Origin: Candidatus Woesearchaeota archaeon
GTDB lineage: Archaea; Nanobdellota; Nanobdellia; Pacearchaeales; GW2011-AR1
Direction: 5' to 3'
Length of the DNA stretch: 62,008 nt
NCBI GenBank assembly: GCA_964589955.1
Contig: CAZPVF010000001.1
Location: 1 to 62,008 of the forward strand
The notes under the pieces were generated by a model. That model ran no database searches. It saw nothing but the letters and a program-made list of their open reading frames with translations, and was not told where the DNA came from. The translations under genes were made by a program, and so were the position numbers. This document shows positions 38,679 through 47,079 of the stretch, piece by piece (within the stretch, counting starts at the first letter, position 1; each line of letters starts with the position of its first letter).

Positions 38679-39395
38679 TTAAATTTTTTTGCTAACTTCC
38701 ACCAAATCACTTTTTAGTTCTTCAATTGATTTAATAAAGACATCTTCAGGACTAATCTGGCCAAAACTTTCAATAGTTATTAGTAACTCATTTGTTGGTT
38801 CGATCTTTATACAATCTTTATCGTGTTTTGTTGCAGTATCAACACAGATTCCACAAGCATCACAGGCTAGAGAATCAGTTACTTTTATTTTTCCGTTATC
38901 TTCTACTATTAGATTTTTTGGACAAACTTCAGTTACTTCTTTTGGACAGTTTTTCTCTGTTTTTATATAAACAATATCTCTATAAATCATAAGGCCTGGT
39001 GTAAATTTTGAGTGTTCCTTACCCTTACCCAATCTTGCAGTAGCTTTTAGTGAGATCTCTTGCCCATTATCTAAAGCAGTAATAGGAATTTTATTAAATG
39101 CTGGCTTTAAGTCTCCAATTAACTCTTCACTAAAAACAAAACCTTCTTTTTTACTGTTTAGTTTAATATTAAATTCTCTACTTTTTGCCACAGCTTTTGG
39201 CATGACAAGTGGAATTAGTCCTAATCTATGCGCTATTGTCTCATCATACAATGCAGAGTCATTTTTTGATATTTCAGCTTCGTCAATTGCAACAACAGGT
39301 ACTTCAAAAGTATACCTTCTTATTGAATTAGCTAAGCTCTCAGACATTTCTGCTCTGAACACAAGTTTATTATCTTTTTTTTCTACTATTTTCAT
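38679..39395 (-). CDS. rpoD: DNA-directed RNA polymerase subunit D (Rpo3) with ferredoxin-like Cys cluster domain
   Basis: LANSIRRY...AHRLGLIPL plus CPKEVTEVCP...CDACGICV. Confidence 0.9.
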   Translation of the reverse strand: MKIVEKKDNKLVFRAEMSESLANSIRRYTFEVPVVAIDEAEISKNDSALYDETIAHRLGLIPLVMPKAVAKSREFNIKLNSKKEGFVFSEELIGDLKPAFNKIPITALDNGQEISLKATARLGKGKEHSKFTPGLMIYRDIVYIKTEKNCPKEVTEVCPKNLIVEDNGKIKVTDSLACDACGICVDTATKHDKDCIKIEPTNELLITIESFGQISPEDVFIKSIEELKSDLVEVSKKI

Positions 39396-39427
39396 TTTTG
39401 TCTATTATTTTATCAAATTTTAGGTTT

Positions 39428-39913
39428 TTAAACCCTTCTTCCTCTTCTTCCACCCTTTTTTTTAGGTCCGCCTCTTGGAATTCTGGTTGTATCAAGAATG
39501 TTAAGTATTTTAAACCCTTCTCTTGATAAACTCTTAATTATTGCATGTGCTCCTGGACCTGGGGCAGGATTTCTTGTCTTTGCTCTAATTCTTACATAAA
39601 GGGACTTTACACCCATGTCTTTAATGTTCTCTGCTACTCTTTTAGCAATAAACATAGCAATTGTTGGATTAGCTTTCAGTCTGTCATGTTTTGTAATAAT
39701 TCCTCCAGTAACTTTTGTTATTGTTTTGCCACTCATGTCAGTTACATGAACAATTGTGTTGTTAAATGAAGTGTAAATATTAATTACTGCTTCAATATCT
39801 CTATCTTTTTTCTTTTTAGATTCAACTTTCTCAACTTTTTTTTCTTTTTCAGTAGTTTTTGGTTCTTTTATTCCAGCTTTGTTTTTTTCTATATTCTCTG
39901 TGTTTTCACTCAT
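39428..39913 (-). CDS. rps11: 30S ribosomal protein uS11 with Lys/Glu-rich N-terminal extension
   Basis: AVINIYTSFNNTIVHVTD...GPGAHAIIKSL...ILDTTRIPRGGP. Confidence 0.9.
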   Translation of the reverse strand: MSENTENIEKNKAGIKEPKTTEKEKKVEKVESKKKKDRDIEAVINIYTSFNNTIVHVTDMSGKTITKVTGGIITKHDRLKANPTIAMFIAKRVAENIKDMGVKSLYVRIRAKTRNPAPGPGAHAIIKSLSREGFKILNILDTTRIPRGGPKKKGGRRGRRV

Positions 39914-40427
39914 TTGTATTTTCCTCTGGTTTATTTTCTGCTATTTTGTCTTTTGTTACTGGTTGTTTTTTTATCTTTGGTTTTAATTTTTTCTTTTCAA
40001 TTTTATTTTCTAATTCGACTGCAACAATGTATGAAGGACTATTGACAACTTTTCCATTAACAAGTATTTTTTTGTGAGAGATATACTGTCTTGCCGCTTT
40101 TGCTGAAGGCGCAATTCTTTTTTTTGCCACTATTGTTTGAAGTCTTCTTTGAAGATAGTCTCTTTTATCTAAAGACAAAACATCAGCAATAGATCCTACA
40201 TTAAGACCTATTTTTTTTAATCTTTCAAAAAGAAGGTGTTGGCTTTTTTCATCAGCACCAATTAGTTTTTTAGCTTTTTCTCTAAAAGATTTTATTTTTG
40301 AATCTGCTTTCCAAATCTCTTTTTTATTTTTTAGCCCAAACTCCTTTTTTATTTTTGTTTCTTCATCAATTCTAACCTTATCAAAAGGTCTTTTTGGTTT
40401 TGAGTATCTTTTGTGTTTACGTTTCAT
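39906..40427 (-). CDS. rps4: 30S ribosomal protein uS4
   Basis: KRKHKRYSKPKRPFD...RRLQTIV...ARQYISHKKILVNGKVVNSPSYIV S4 domain. Confidence 0.9.
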   Translation of the reverse strand: MKRKHKRYSKPKRPFDKVRIDEETKIKKEFGLKNKKEIWKADSKIKSFREKAKKLIGADEKSQHLLFERLKKIGLNVGSIADVLSLDKRDYLQRRLQTIVAKKRIAPSAKAARQYISHKKILVNGKVVNSPSYIVAVELENKIEKKKLKPKIKKQPVTKDKIAENKPEENTNE

Positions 40428-40429
40428 TT

Positions 40430-40900
40430 TTACTTATTCTTCTTTTTTATTCCCCCGCCTTTCATTTTATTTGGTCTAAAATGTCCTTTTGTTCTCTGTC
40501 CTCTTAGAGGAAGCTTTGATGCATGCCTAAAGCCCCTGTAACTCTTAATTTTTTTAAGTCTTTTAATATCAAAATCTTTTCTTAACTCTAAATCGCTTCC
40601 TATTAGGTGTTTATCTTTGCCTGTTTCAAGATCTTTCTGCCTATTTACTAAATGGTTTGGAAGATCAGGGTTTTTTACAAATTCTGTAATTTTGCTTATT
40701 TCAGCTTCAGTTAGTGTTCCAATTTTTTTTGTTTTAGGAAAACCTATTTTTTTGCAAATAGCATTTGATAGTGCCCAAGAGATTCCTTTTACTTTTGCTA
40801 GTCCAGAGTACACAGTCATTTTACCTTCAATATCTTTAGATAAAATTCTTACAATCCGGTCTTCACTTGATTTATCTGTTTTTTTATTTTTATCTTCCAT
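40430..40900 (-). CDS. rps13: 30S ribosomal protein uS13
   Basis: IVRILSKDIEG...GLAKVKGIS...KSYRGFRHASKLPLRGQRTKG. Confidence 0.9.
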   Translation of the reverse strand: MEDKNKKTDKSSEDRIVRILSKDIEGKMTVYSGLAKVKGISWALSNAICKKIGFPKTKKIGTLTEAEISKITEFVKNPDLPNHLVNRQKDLETGKDKHLIGSDLELRKDFDIKRLKKIKSYRGFRHASKLPLRGQRTKGHFRPNKMKGGGIKKKNK

Positions 40901-40901
40901 T

Positions 40902-41438
40902 TTATCCTAAGAATAAGTTGTATCTTTCAATTTCAGTTAATTCTTTAAGAATCCTTCTTTCAATTGCTTTTCTTGGGTCTGGCAAATTCTGCACCCTTTT
41001 ACGCAAATCTTCGAATGATTCAAATAATTGATCCTGTCTTTGTTTAATTATTTCTTGCATATGTTTTTTTCCCAAGCCAGGTAGAAGTTCTATCTGGTGT
41101 ATTCTTTTATTAATTGCTTCAGCTTTGTTGAAAAAATCAACAAACTTCTTTTCTCTTTGTTCCACAAGCTTTCCTATAAATTCTTCAAGCTGGGCTTTTG
41201 CAGCTTCAGTCAATTTTTCTCTTCTTAATCTGCCAAAAATATAGTAAATATCTGGCCTTTTTCCTTCACCAATATATACTTCTTGGCCTATTTTTAAATT
41301 TATTCCTCTTCTAGGAACTAATTCTAAGAGGGTTAGATTTTCTTTTCCTATGGCTTGAGCTATAGGCATCATTTTTCTTTCTAGAGGATAACCGTTCGGC
41401 AGGTATTCGAGTATAATTGCATATTCTTCTTTTGCCAT
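40902..41438 (-). CDS. DUF655 family protein (OB-fold plus helix-hairpin-helix, predicted nucleic-acid binding)
   Basis: EEYAIILEYLPNGYP...IELLPGLGKKHMQEII; conserved archaeal neighbourhood with rpoF and eL21. Confidence 0.7.
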   Translation of the reverse strand: MAKEEYAIILEYLPNGYPLERKMMPIAQAIGKENLTLLELVPRRGINLKIGQEVYIGEGKRPDIYYIFGRLRREKLTEAAKAQLEEFIGKLVEQREKKFVDFFNKAEAINKRIHQIELLPGLGKKHMQEIIKQRQDQLFESFEDLRKRVQNLPDPRKAIERRILKELTEIERYNLFLG

Positions 41439-41444
41439 TTTTAA

Positions 41445-41750
41445 TCATTTAAACTCCTTAACTATATCTAAAACTTTTTTTGTTTCTTCTTCATCTAAAC
41501 TCATTCCAACAAATATTTTATTTACTTCTTCAGCATTTTCAGGCAACATATCAATTATTTTACTTATATTGTTTTCATCAAGTTTGATCATTTCTAGTGA
41601 AATTAGTTTTTTTCTTAATTCTTTGGCTTTTGCAGGTTTAATTTTAACAAATTTTTTAATAAATCCTTTCATCTCTTTTCCTTCGTCTTTTGAGCCTTTC
41701 AAGTAATCAGTTGCTTCAACCATACTCATTGAAAAATTGTTTTTTATCAT
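41445..41750 (-). CDS. rpoF: DNA-directed RNA polymerase subunit F (Rpo4)
   Basis: 101 aa helical; LRKKLISLEMIKLDENNISKIIDMLPENAEEV HRDC-like; synteny eL21-rpoF-DUF655. Confidence 0.7.
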   Translation of the reverse strand: MIKNNFSMSMVEATDYLKGSKDEGKEMKGFIKKFVKIKPAKAKELRKKLISLEMIKLDENNISKIIDMLPENAEEVNKIFVGMSLDEEETKKVLDIVKEFK

Positions 41751-41757
41751 TGTATTT

Positions 41758-42012
41758 TTACTGTTTTATTTTCTTTAAATGTATCGGTTCTATTAAAAAT
41801 TTTTTCTCTTTGTCAACATCTTTAATTTTAACTATTACTGCTTTTCCTCTTTTTCCTGCTACTACTCCTGTTCTTCCTTGTAGTCTAGTCGGAAAATTTG
41901 AGTTTATGGATCTTTCTTTAACCACGGAAACACTGTCTCCAGCCTTTAATTCCTGAAAAAATCTACTAAGTTGAAGTTTTCCTCTAGTTCTAACTTGCTT
42001 TCTTCTTACCAT
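41758..42012 (-). CDS. rpl21e: 50S ribosomal protein eL21
   Basis: MVRRKQVRTRGKLQLSRFFQELKAGDSVSVV...GRTGVVAGKRGKAVIVKI; start at the internal ATG at 42012 (the longer ORF to 42102 would overlap the next gene). Confidence 0.85.
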   Translation of the reverse strand: MVRRKQVRTRGKLQLSRFFQELKAGDSVSVVKERSINSNFPTRLQGRTGVVAGKRGKAVIVKIKDVDKEKKFLIEPIHLKKIKQ

Positions 42013-42043
42013 AAGATAACGTAGAAATAAATCCTTTAAAAAC

Positions 42044-42244
42044 CTATCTGATTGAGCCAGGTTCAGAAAAATCTGTAATTGTTCCAGGCGCACAAAGATC
42101 ATTATTGTCTCTTGCTTCTTCCATATTTTGAACTATTGCCCTAAACATCTTTTCACCCCACACTTGCTTACCACAATTTTCACAAAAATCAATAACACTA
42201 TCTTCAGCGACTTCTGAATTACAATATATGCACTTTTTAACCAT
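42044..42244 (-). CDS. small zinc-ribbon protein
   Basis: 66 aa; CIYCNS...CENCG four-Cys ribbon. Confidence 0.5.
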   Translation of the reverse strand: MVKKCIYCNSEVAEDSVIDFCENCGKQVWGEKMFRAIVQNMEEARDNNDLCAPGTITDFSEPGSIR

Positions 42245-42328
42245 TTACTGCCTCTCTTTTTAGATAAGTGAAATTATAGAAATCCTTTTTCTTTATAAAT
42301 ATTTTTGTTGCCTATTTAGTAACATTTT

Positions 42329-43195
42329 TTAAGAAGATTTATTCTTCTTTTTGTTATTTCTTCTTCGTCTTTTTTTAATTTGCCTATATATAATCCAGAC
42401 AATTATCAAAATAATTACAATAATAATATATGTTCCTACTCCTCCCTGTCCTATAAGTCCCAATTGTGTGGCTTCTTCTGTAGTATACACTTTAAAAGGA
42501 AGTGATACCAGTTCTGAATGTTCATTATTATCAAAGTCTTTATAGTTTACATCTACTTTAAGTACAGGAGTAGGAGAATTAAAAATAACATCAAATGTTG
42601 CAATTTCAGTATCATCAGGATCAACACTTCCTATAAAGATCTTCTCTTTTGAGAGGAGATCATAACCTTGAGGAAACACTTCAACAAGTACAGACTTTAT
42701 TTCACCTAACCCCTTATTTACTATTTCAAATGTTATTTCTCCATTTTTGCCCACTATTGCATTATCTGAAGTATAAACTGAAAAATCAATATCTGTTCTT
42801 GCCGAAACTCTTATTCCAAAAGAACCAGTTTTTTTTAATGGGGTTTCATCATCGTCTTCATCATAGAATGTTACCTCATAAGGAATATTGTAGTCTCCAG
42901 GCACAATATCTGTTGAGGGTCTTAGTGTAAAAGAGACATCTTCGTCTTTATCTTCCCTTATATCATCTGCGTCTTTTTCTGAGCTTCCTACTGAAGTGAA
43001 TGGAACTTCTTCTAAAATAAGCCTAATTGAGACATCTTCAATATCAAAATTTTCATTATTTTCGATTTCTAGTGTGATTTTGCCCTCTTCGCCAGGATAG
43101 AGTGTTGTAAAATCAGAATCAACAACTATTGGAGAAACAAAAGACAGGCTCATTAAGAAAATTATTGCAAAAATTAGAAATTTTGTGTTATTCAT
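42329..43195 (-). CDS. secreted, C-terminally anchored surface protein with two beta-sandwich (CARDB/S-layer-domain-like) repeats
   Basis: N-terminal signal/TM, two similar acidic modules (GEEGKITLEIENNENFDIEDVSIRL / GKNGEITFEIVNKGLGEIKSVLVEV), C-terminal TM plus RRRRNNKKK tail. Confidence 0.55.
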   Translation of the reverse strand: MNNTKFLIFAIIFLMSLSFVSPIVVDSDFTTLYPGEEGKITLEIENNENFDIEDVSIRLILEEVPFTSVGSSEKDADDIREDKDEDVSFTLRPSTDIVPGDYNIPYEVTFYDEDDDETPLKKTGSFGIRVSARTDIDFSVYTSDNAIVGKNGEITFEIVNKGLGEIKSVLVEVFPQGYDLLSKEKIFIGSVDPDDTEIATFDVIFNSPTPVLKVDVNYKDFDNNEHSELVSLPFKVYTTEEATQLGLIGQGGVGTYIIIVIILIIVWIIYRQIKKRRRRNNKKKNKSS

Positions 43196-43295
43196 CTTAT
43201 TTTGATCGTGTTAAACCGAATTTATAAGGATTTGTATATTTTATAGAAATATTATTTTAAGAAACCTTTATAAACACAATTGTTGCCAATATATT

Positions 43296-43493
43296 ATGAT
43301 AGTTCCTGTTAGATGTTTTTCATGTGGAAAACCAATAGGCCAATTATGGGAAGAATTTAAAAAAAGAGTAGCCAAAGGTGAGCCTGCTAAAAAAGTTTTA
43401 GATGATTTAGATCTTGATAGATATTGTTGCAGAGCTATGTTTTTAGGTCAGGAAGATTACATAGAGCTTGTTGGAAAATTTAAGAAAAGTTAA
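43296..43493 (+). CDS. rpoN: DNA-directed RNA polymerase subunit N (Rpo10)
   Basis: MIVPVRCFSCGKPIG...DRYCCRAMF. Confidence 0.92.
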   Translation: MIVPVRCFSCGKPIGQLWEEFKKRVAKGEPAKKVLDDLDLDRYCCRAMFLGQEDYIELVGKFKKS

Positions 43494-44563
43494 TTCTCAA
43501 TATTGTATCCCTTTACCTTTAATATTTTTCTTACGCTCTTATTTATTTTTTCTTCACTGATTTCCCCTCTTCTAACTTTTTTTTCAATATCTGTTACTGC
43601 TTTGTATAGTGTAATTGGTGACATCGGCCAGTCAAGAATCAAGTTTTCTCCAGAATTTATTAAATCAGCATACATTTTTATTTTTGTTGAGTAAAAACTT
43701 CTTATCCCTGCCATTTTTAACCCATCACTTATTACTAAGATATCTTCAGGAACAGATTCTATTACTTCTTTTGAAACACTTGCTGGTTTTCCATTACTAT
43801 TTAATTCTCCCTCAACAATTTGGTGCCCAATCATTACTGAAGAAATATTAGATTTAAAACAAATTTCAAATAATTCTAGATCTTCTTTTGTAATAGTCTG
43901 CTTATCTCTAATATAATGCGTATTTTTAATCATTCCTTTTCCTGGATAATGTTTACAGGTTCCGAGAACATTTTTTTGTAATCCTTTTATGTATTCTATT
44001 AGTTTTTCTTTAATAACTTCTTTTTTCCCAGAAAAAACTCTTCCCCCATATGCATTATCATAAAATTCTGCAACAGGTGCAAAATTTAAAGTAAATCCTA
44101 ATCTTTTTAGGGTTTCCCCATGATCAAGGCCAACCCCATATGCTTCCTCTTTTGTTTTAATTTCAGAAAATTTTGGAAAAACATATTCTTCACCAAAACT
44201 TTCTGAAAAAGGACTCCAAGCCCCTTCTAAATCAGCACTTACAAATAATTTTACCCTAGAATTTAGTTGCCACTCACTTATTTTTTTCTTATAATCTTCA
44301 GGAGAATTTGCTTTATCAAAATAAATTCCTCCAACATTTAAGTTTGTGTATCTTTCACTAAAAGAATCACCTTTTATTACAAACATCTGTGCAATTTTTT
44401 GTTTTAGTGTTAGTGAATCAAAATCAATTGTGTTGTTTTCTATATTAATATTTCCTGTTTTTAGTTTGTCAAGTCTGTTTAAGAGTATTAATTGATTTGA
44501 TATATAAATGAGAATTACTACTAAGACAATTAAAGAGATAGTAAGGATCACAGGCAAATTCAT
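43490..44563 (-). CDS. membrane-anchored glycoside hydrolase family 3 (NagZ-like beta-hexosaminidase)
   Basis: N-terminal TM; KHYPGKG and VISDGLKMAG GH3 motifs; start at the ATG at 44563 (ATGA overlap with the Rpp21 stop). Confidence 0.7.
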   Translation of the reverse strand: MNLPVILTISLIVLVVILIYISNQLILLNRLDKLKTGNINIENNTIDFDSLTLKQKIAQMFVIKGDSFSERYTNLNVGGIYFDKANSPEDYKKKISEWQLNSRVKLFVSADLEGAWSPFSESFGEEYVFPKFSEIKTKEEAYGVGLDHGETLKRLGFTLNFAPVAEFYDNAYGGRVFSGKKEVIKEKLIEYIKGLQKNVLGTCKHYPGKGMIKNTHYIRDKQTITKEDLELFEICFKSNISSVMIGHQIVEGELNSNGKPASVSKEVIESVPEDILVISDGLKMAGIRSFYSTKIKMYADLINSGENLILDWPMSPITLYKAVTDIEKKVRRGEISEEKINKSVRKILKVKGYNIEN

Positions 44564-44820
44564 TTTAGTTTCCATCTATTTTTATGCTCACAATTTTCAC
44601 AAGTTATTGTGATCATCTCATTCTTTATCCTAATGCTCGGCTCTTTAAAAGGATTATAGCATTTTTTGCAATATAGTTTTTTTCTATTTCCAAGCCTAAT
44701 ATTGTGTTGCATTGCTAGGCGTTTTATTTTTTTAACTTCTTCTGGAGTCTTTTCTTTTAAATCTTGGAAAAACTCTTCAATAGTTTTTTTATCTTCAGTT
44801 TTTGATAGTTTCTTTTTCAT
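44560..44820 (-). CDS. rnp4: RNase P protein component 4 (Rpp21/Rpr2 family)
   Basis: 86 aa; IKRLAMQHNIRLG...YCKKCYNPF...ITCENCEH zinc ribbon. Confidence 0.7.
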   Translation of the reverse strand: MKKKLSKTEDKKTIEEFFQDLKEKTPEEVKKIKRLAMQHNIRLGNRKKLYCKKCYNPFKEPSIRIKNEMITITCENCEHKNRWKLK

Positions 44821-44867
44821 ATTAAAATAAAGATAACGAACTTTTTAAAGAATTATAATAATTAAAG

Positions 44868-44981
<114 letters not shown>

Positions 44982-45043
44982 AAAAATACTTTGTAAAATC
45001 ACTTTATAAAGCTTTTTATATGGGAGATTTATATTTTAAATAT

Positions 45044-45127
45044 GCGGAGTTGCCGGAGTGGTCAAACGGGCTGGATTAAGGCTCCAGTGGCTTAGTGCCT
45101 GCGAGGGTTCGAATCCTTTACTCCGCA
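45044..45127 (+). tRNA. tRNA-Leu, type II; the 7-nt anticodon loop TTAAGGC reads as AAG by canonical numbering
   Basis: GCGGAGTTGCCGGAGTGGTCAAACGGGCTGGATTAAGGCTCCAGTGGCTTAGTGCCTGCGAGGGTTCGAATCCTTTACTCCGCA; acceptor, D and T arms almost identical to tRNA-Leu(CAA) at 38498-38581. Confidence 0.8.
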
Positions 45128-45272
45128 TGATGATTTTAATTTCCGCCTCGCTTGGAGCCAGAAGGATAGCATTATCGACGTGGGCGTAACATTTAAATAC
45201 CCCCAAAAACTGTATTTTTTACCTGCGAGTGAAAAGCGTTAGCAGATAACGTTTATTCTCGTAAAATTTAAT

Positions 45273-45620
45273 ATGAAATCAAAAACAAAAATAGAAAAAC
45301 AGTCTAAAAGAAAATTAAATCCAGAACTAGTTGAGACGATAAGACTTGCTAAAAAGCACAAAGCTTGGCAAGAAGTGGCAGGAATATTGTCTAGCTCCAG
45401 AAAAAATAAAATTCAATACAATCTTAGTCAAATTAAAAAAGATGTTATAATTCCAGGTAAAGTCTTAAGCCAAGGAGAGGCTAGCAAACACAAAATTGTT
45501 GCTTTTGCGTTTAGTGAAAAAGCAAAAGAAAAAATATTAAAGGCTGGTGGAAAAAGTATTAATATACTTGACGAAATTAAAAACAATAAAGATATGAAGA
45601 ATCTTAAATTACTAAAATGA
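45273..45620 (+). CDS. rpl18e: 50S ribosomal protein eL18
   Basis: 115 aa; position upstream of uL13-uS9; PGKVLSQGE...KIVAFAFSEKAKEKILKAGG. Confidence 0.85.
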   Translation: MKSKTKIEKQSKRKLNPELVETIRLAKKHKAWQEVAGILSSSRKNKIQYNLSQIKKDVIIPGKVLSQGEASKHKIVAFAFSEKAKEKILKAGGKSINILDEIKNNKDMKNLKLLK

Positions 45621-46012
45621 CAAAAATAATTGATGGAAAAGGAGCAATTCTAGGAAGATTAGCTAGTTTTGCAGCTAAAACAGCACTAAAAGGAGAAGAA
45701 GTGGTTGTTTTAAACTGTAAAGAAATAATAATTAGTGGAAATAAAAAATATTTTCAACAAAAACAACTTGATATGAAGAAAAAAATTGGTAGTGGACAAA
45801 AGGGGCCAAAAATATCAAAATTACCACACATTATTGTAAAAAGAGCAATAAGAGGTATGCTTCCTAGTCACAAACAAGGAAGAGGAAGAGGGGCATTTAA
45901 GAGAATTTTGTGTTATTCAGGAGTCCCAAAAGAATTTGAAGACAAAGAAAAAATTGTTTCAGGAAAACATTTTAAAGGCAAACACATAAAAGTAGAAGAA
46001 GTATCAAAATAA
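45617..46012 (+). CDS. rpl13: 50S ribosomal protein uL13
   Basis: IIDGKGAILGRLASFAAK...VKRAIRGMLP. Confidence 0.9.
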   Translation: MTKIIDGKGAILGRLASFAAKTALKGEEVVVLNCKEIIISGNKKYFQQKQLDMKKKIGSGQKGPKISKLPHIIVKRAIRGMLPSHKQGRGRGAFKRILCYSGVPKEFEDKEKIVSGKHFKGKHIKVEEVSK

Positions 46013-46013
46013 A

Positions 46014-46421
46014 ATGGTTGAGAAAAAAATAGTCACGTCAGGAAAAAGAAAAGCAGCAATCGCTAGAGCAATTTTAACAGAAGGAACAGGAAAAGTAATG
46101 ATTAATAAAAAAAACTATGAAACACTCACAATTTTTGATAAGTTAAAAATTGAGGAACCACTAAGAATTGCTAAACAAATTCTTGGCGAATTAAAATTCG
46201 ATGTAAAAATTAGTGTAAAAGGTGGTGGAGAAAAAGGCCAGATTGAGGCTGCAAGAGTTGCACTATCAAGAGCAATAGTTAATTTTTCTAAGTCTAAAGA
46301 ACTACAAGAAGCATTCATGGAGTATGATCGAAATATGTTGGTTGCTGATGTAAGAAGAAAAGAAGCATACAAACCAGGAGATAGTAAAGCAAGAAAAGCA
46401 AGACAAAGTTCTAAGCGTTAA
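46014..46421 (+). CDS. rps9: 30S ribosomal protein uS9
   Basis: TSGKRKAAIARAIL...GGGEKGQIEAARVALSRAIV...VRRKEAYKPG...ARKARQSSKR. Confidence 0.92.
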   Translation: MVEKKIVTSGKRKAAIARAILTEGTGKVMINKKNYETLTIFDKLKIEEPLRIAKQILGELKFDVKISVKGGGEKGQIEAARVALSRAIVNFSKSKELQEAFMEYDRNMLVADVRRKEAYKPGDSKARKARQSSKR

Positions 46422-46428
46422 ATTAAAT

Positions 46429-47067
46429 TTATTTCTTTATCCCTAATTCTTCCAACTTGTTTTGAACATGATTAAACAATGTAGATGAAATTAGTGCTTG
46501 GTGTGTTCCTTTATGGGTTTGTTTATCAAATTTAATTTTCCCTAAATAAGTCTGATTCATTAAAATTTTTTTTAATCCATTTACACTAAACCCGTATTTT
46601 TTTGCTAGTTTTGTTAAAGAAATTTTTTTGTTTAAAAAATCTTCAAAAATTTCTGGAACAATATATGAAGTATTTTCGTTAGCGACCAAGTTGCCACCAA
46701 CAATTTTGTATCCATAAGGTGCTCTTGTGACAATACTGCCGTTTTTTGATTTATTGAGCATTCCTTTTTTTGTTCTTTTTGAAACAGATTTAGAGGATTT
46801 TCTAAAAGTATCAAGAATTCTCCCATCTATCTTTTCCGCAATGTATTTCTCGAAATCAACTTCATCATCAGGAGAAAAATAATGGCATATAGAACAAAGA
46901 GTAATTAAATTGCCAATTTCATCATTCCCTCCATCAACCCTCATCTTTATGTGGTGTACTTCTAGCTCATCAGAACGCAGCCTGGAACCGCACTTTTTAC
47001 ACCTGTATCCATCCCTAGAAAAAACTTCAGTTTTTTTCTTAAAAGAAAGTGTTGTTTTTTTAGACAT
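46429..47067 (-). CDS. HNH endonuclease domain fused to a serine-recombinase-type 'Recombinase' domain (no resolvase catalytic domain)
   Basis: N-terminus: [10 protein letters not shown]...[26 protein letters not shown]-terminus: [16 protein letters not shown]...[20 protein letters not shown]...[13 protein letters not shown]...[14 protein letters not shown]. Confidence 0.65.
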   Translation of the reverse strand: MSKKTTLSFKKKTEVFSRDGYRCKKCGSRLRSDELEVHHIKMRVDGGNDEIGNLITLCSICHYFSPDDEVDFEKYIAEKIDGRILDTFRKSSKSVSKRTKKGMLNKSKNGSIVTRAPYGYKIVGGNLVANENTSYIVPEIFEDFLNKKISLTKLAKKYGFSVNGLKKILMNQTYLGKIKFDKQTHKGTHQALISSTLFNHVQNKLEELGIKK

Positions 47068-47079
47068 TTTACATATTAT

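Noticed and set aside
42013-42102. N-terminal extension of the eL21 ORF
   Set aside because: The extension is not L21e-like and overlaps the zinc-ribbon gene. The conserved MVRRKQVRTRG start is at 42012.
45124-45200. C/D-box sRNA starting at ATGATGA right after tRNA-Leu
   Set aside because: No D or D' box (CTGA) and no terminal complementary stem occur at a suitable distance.
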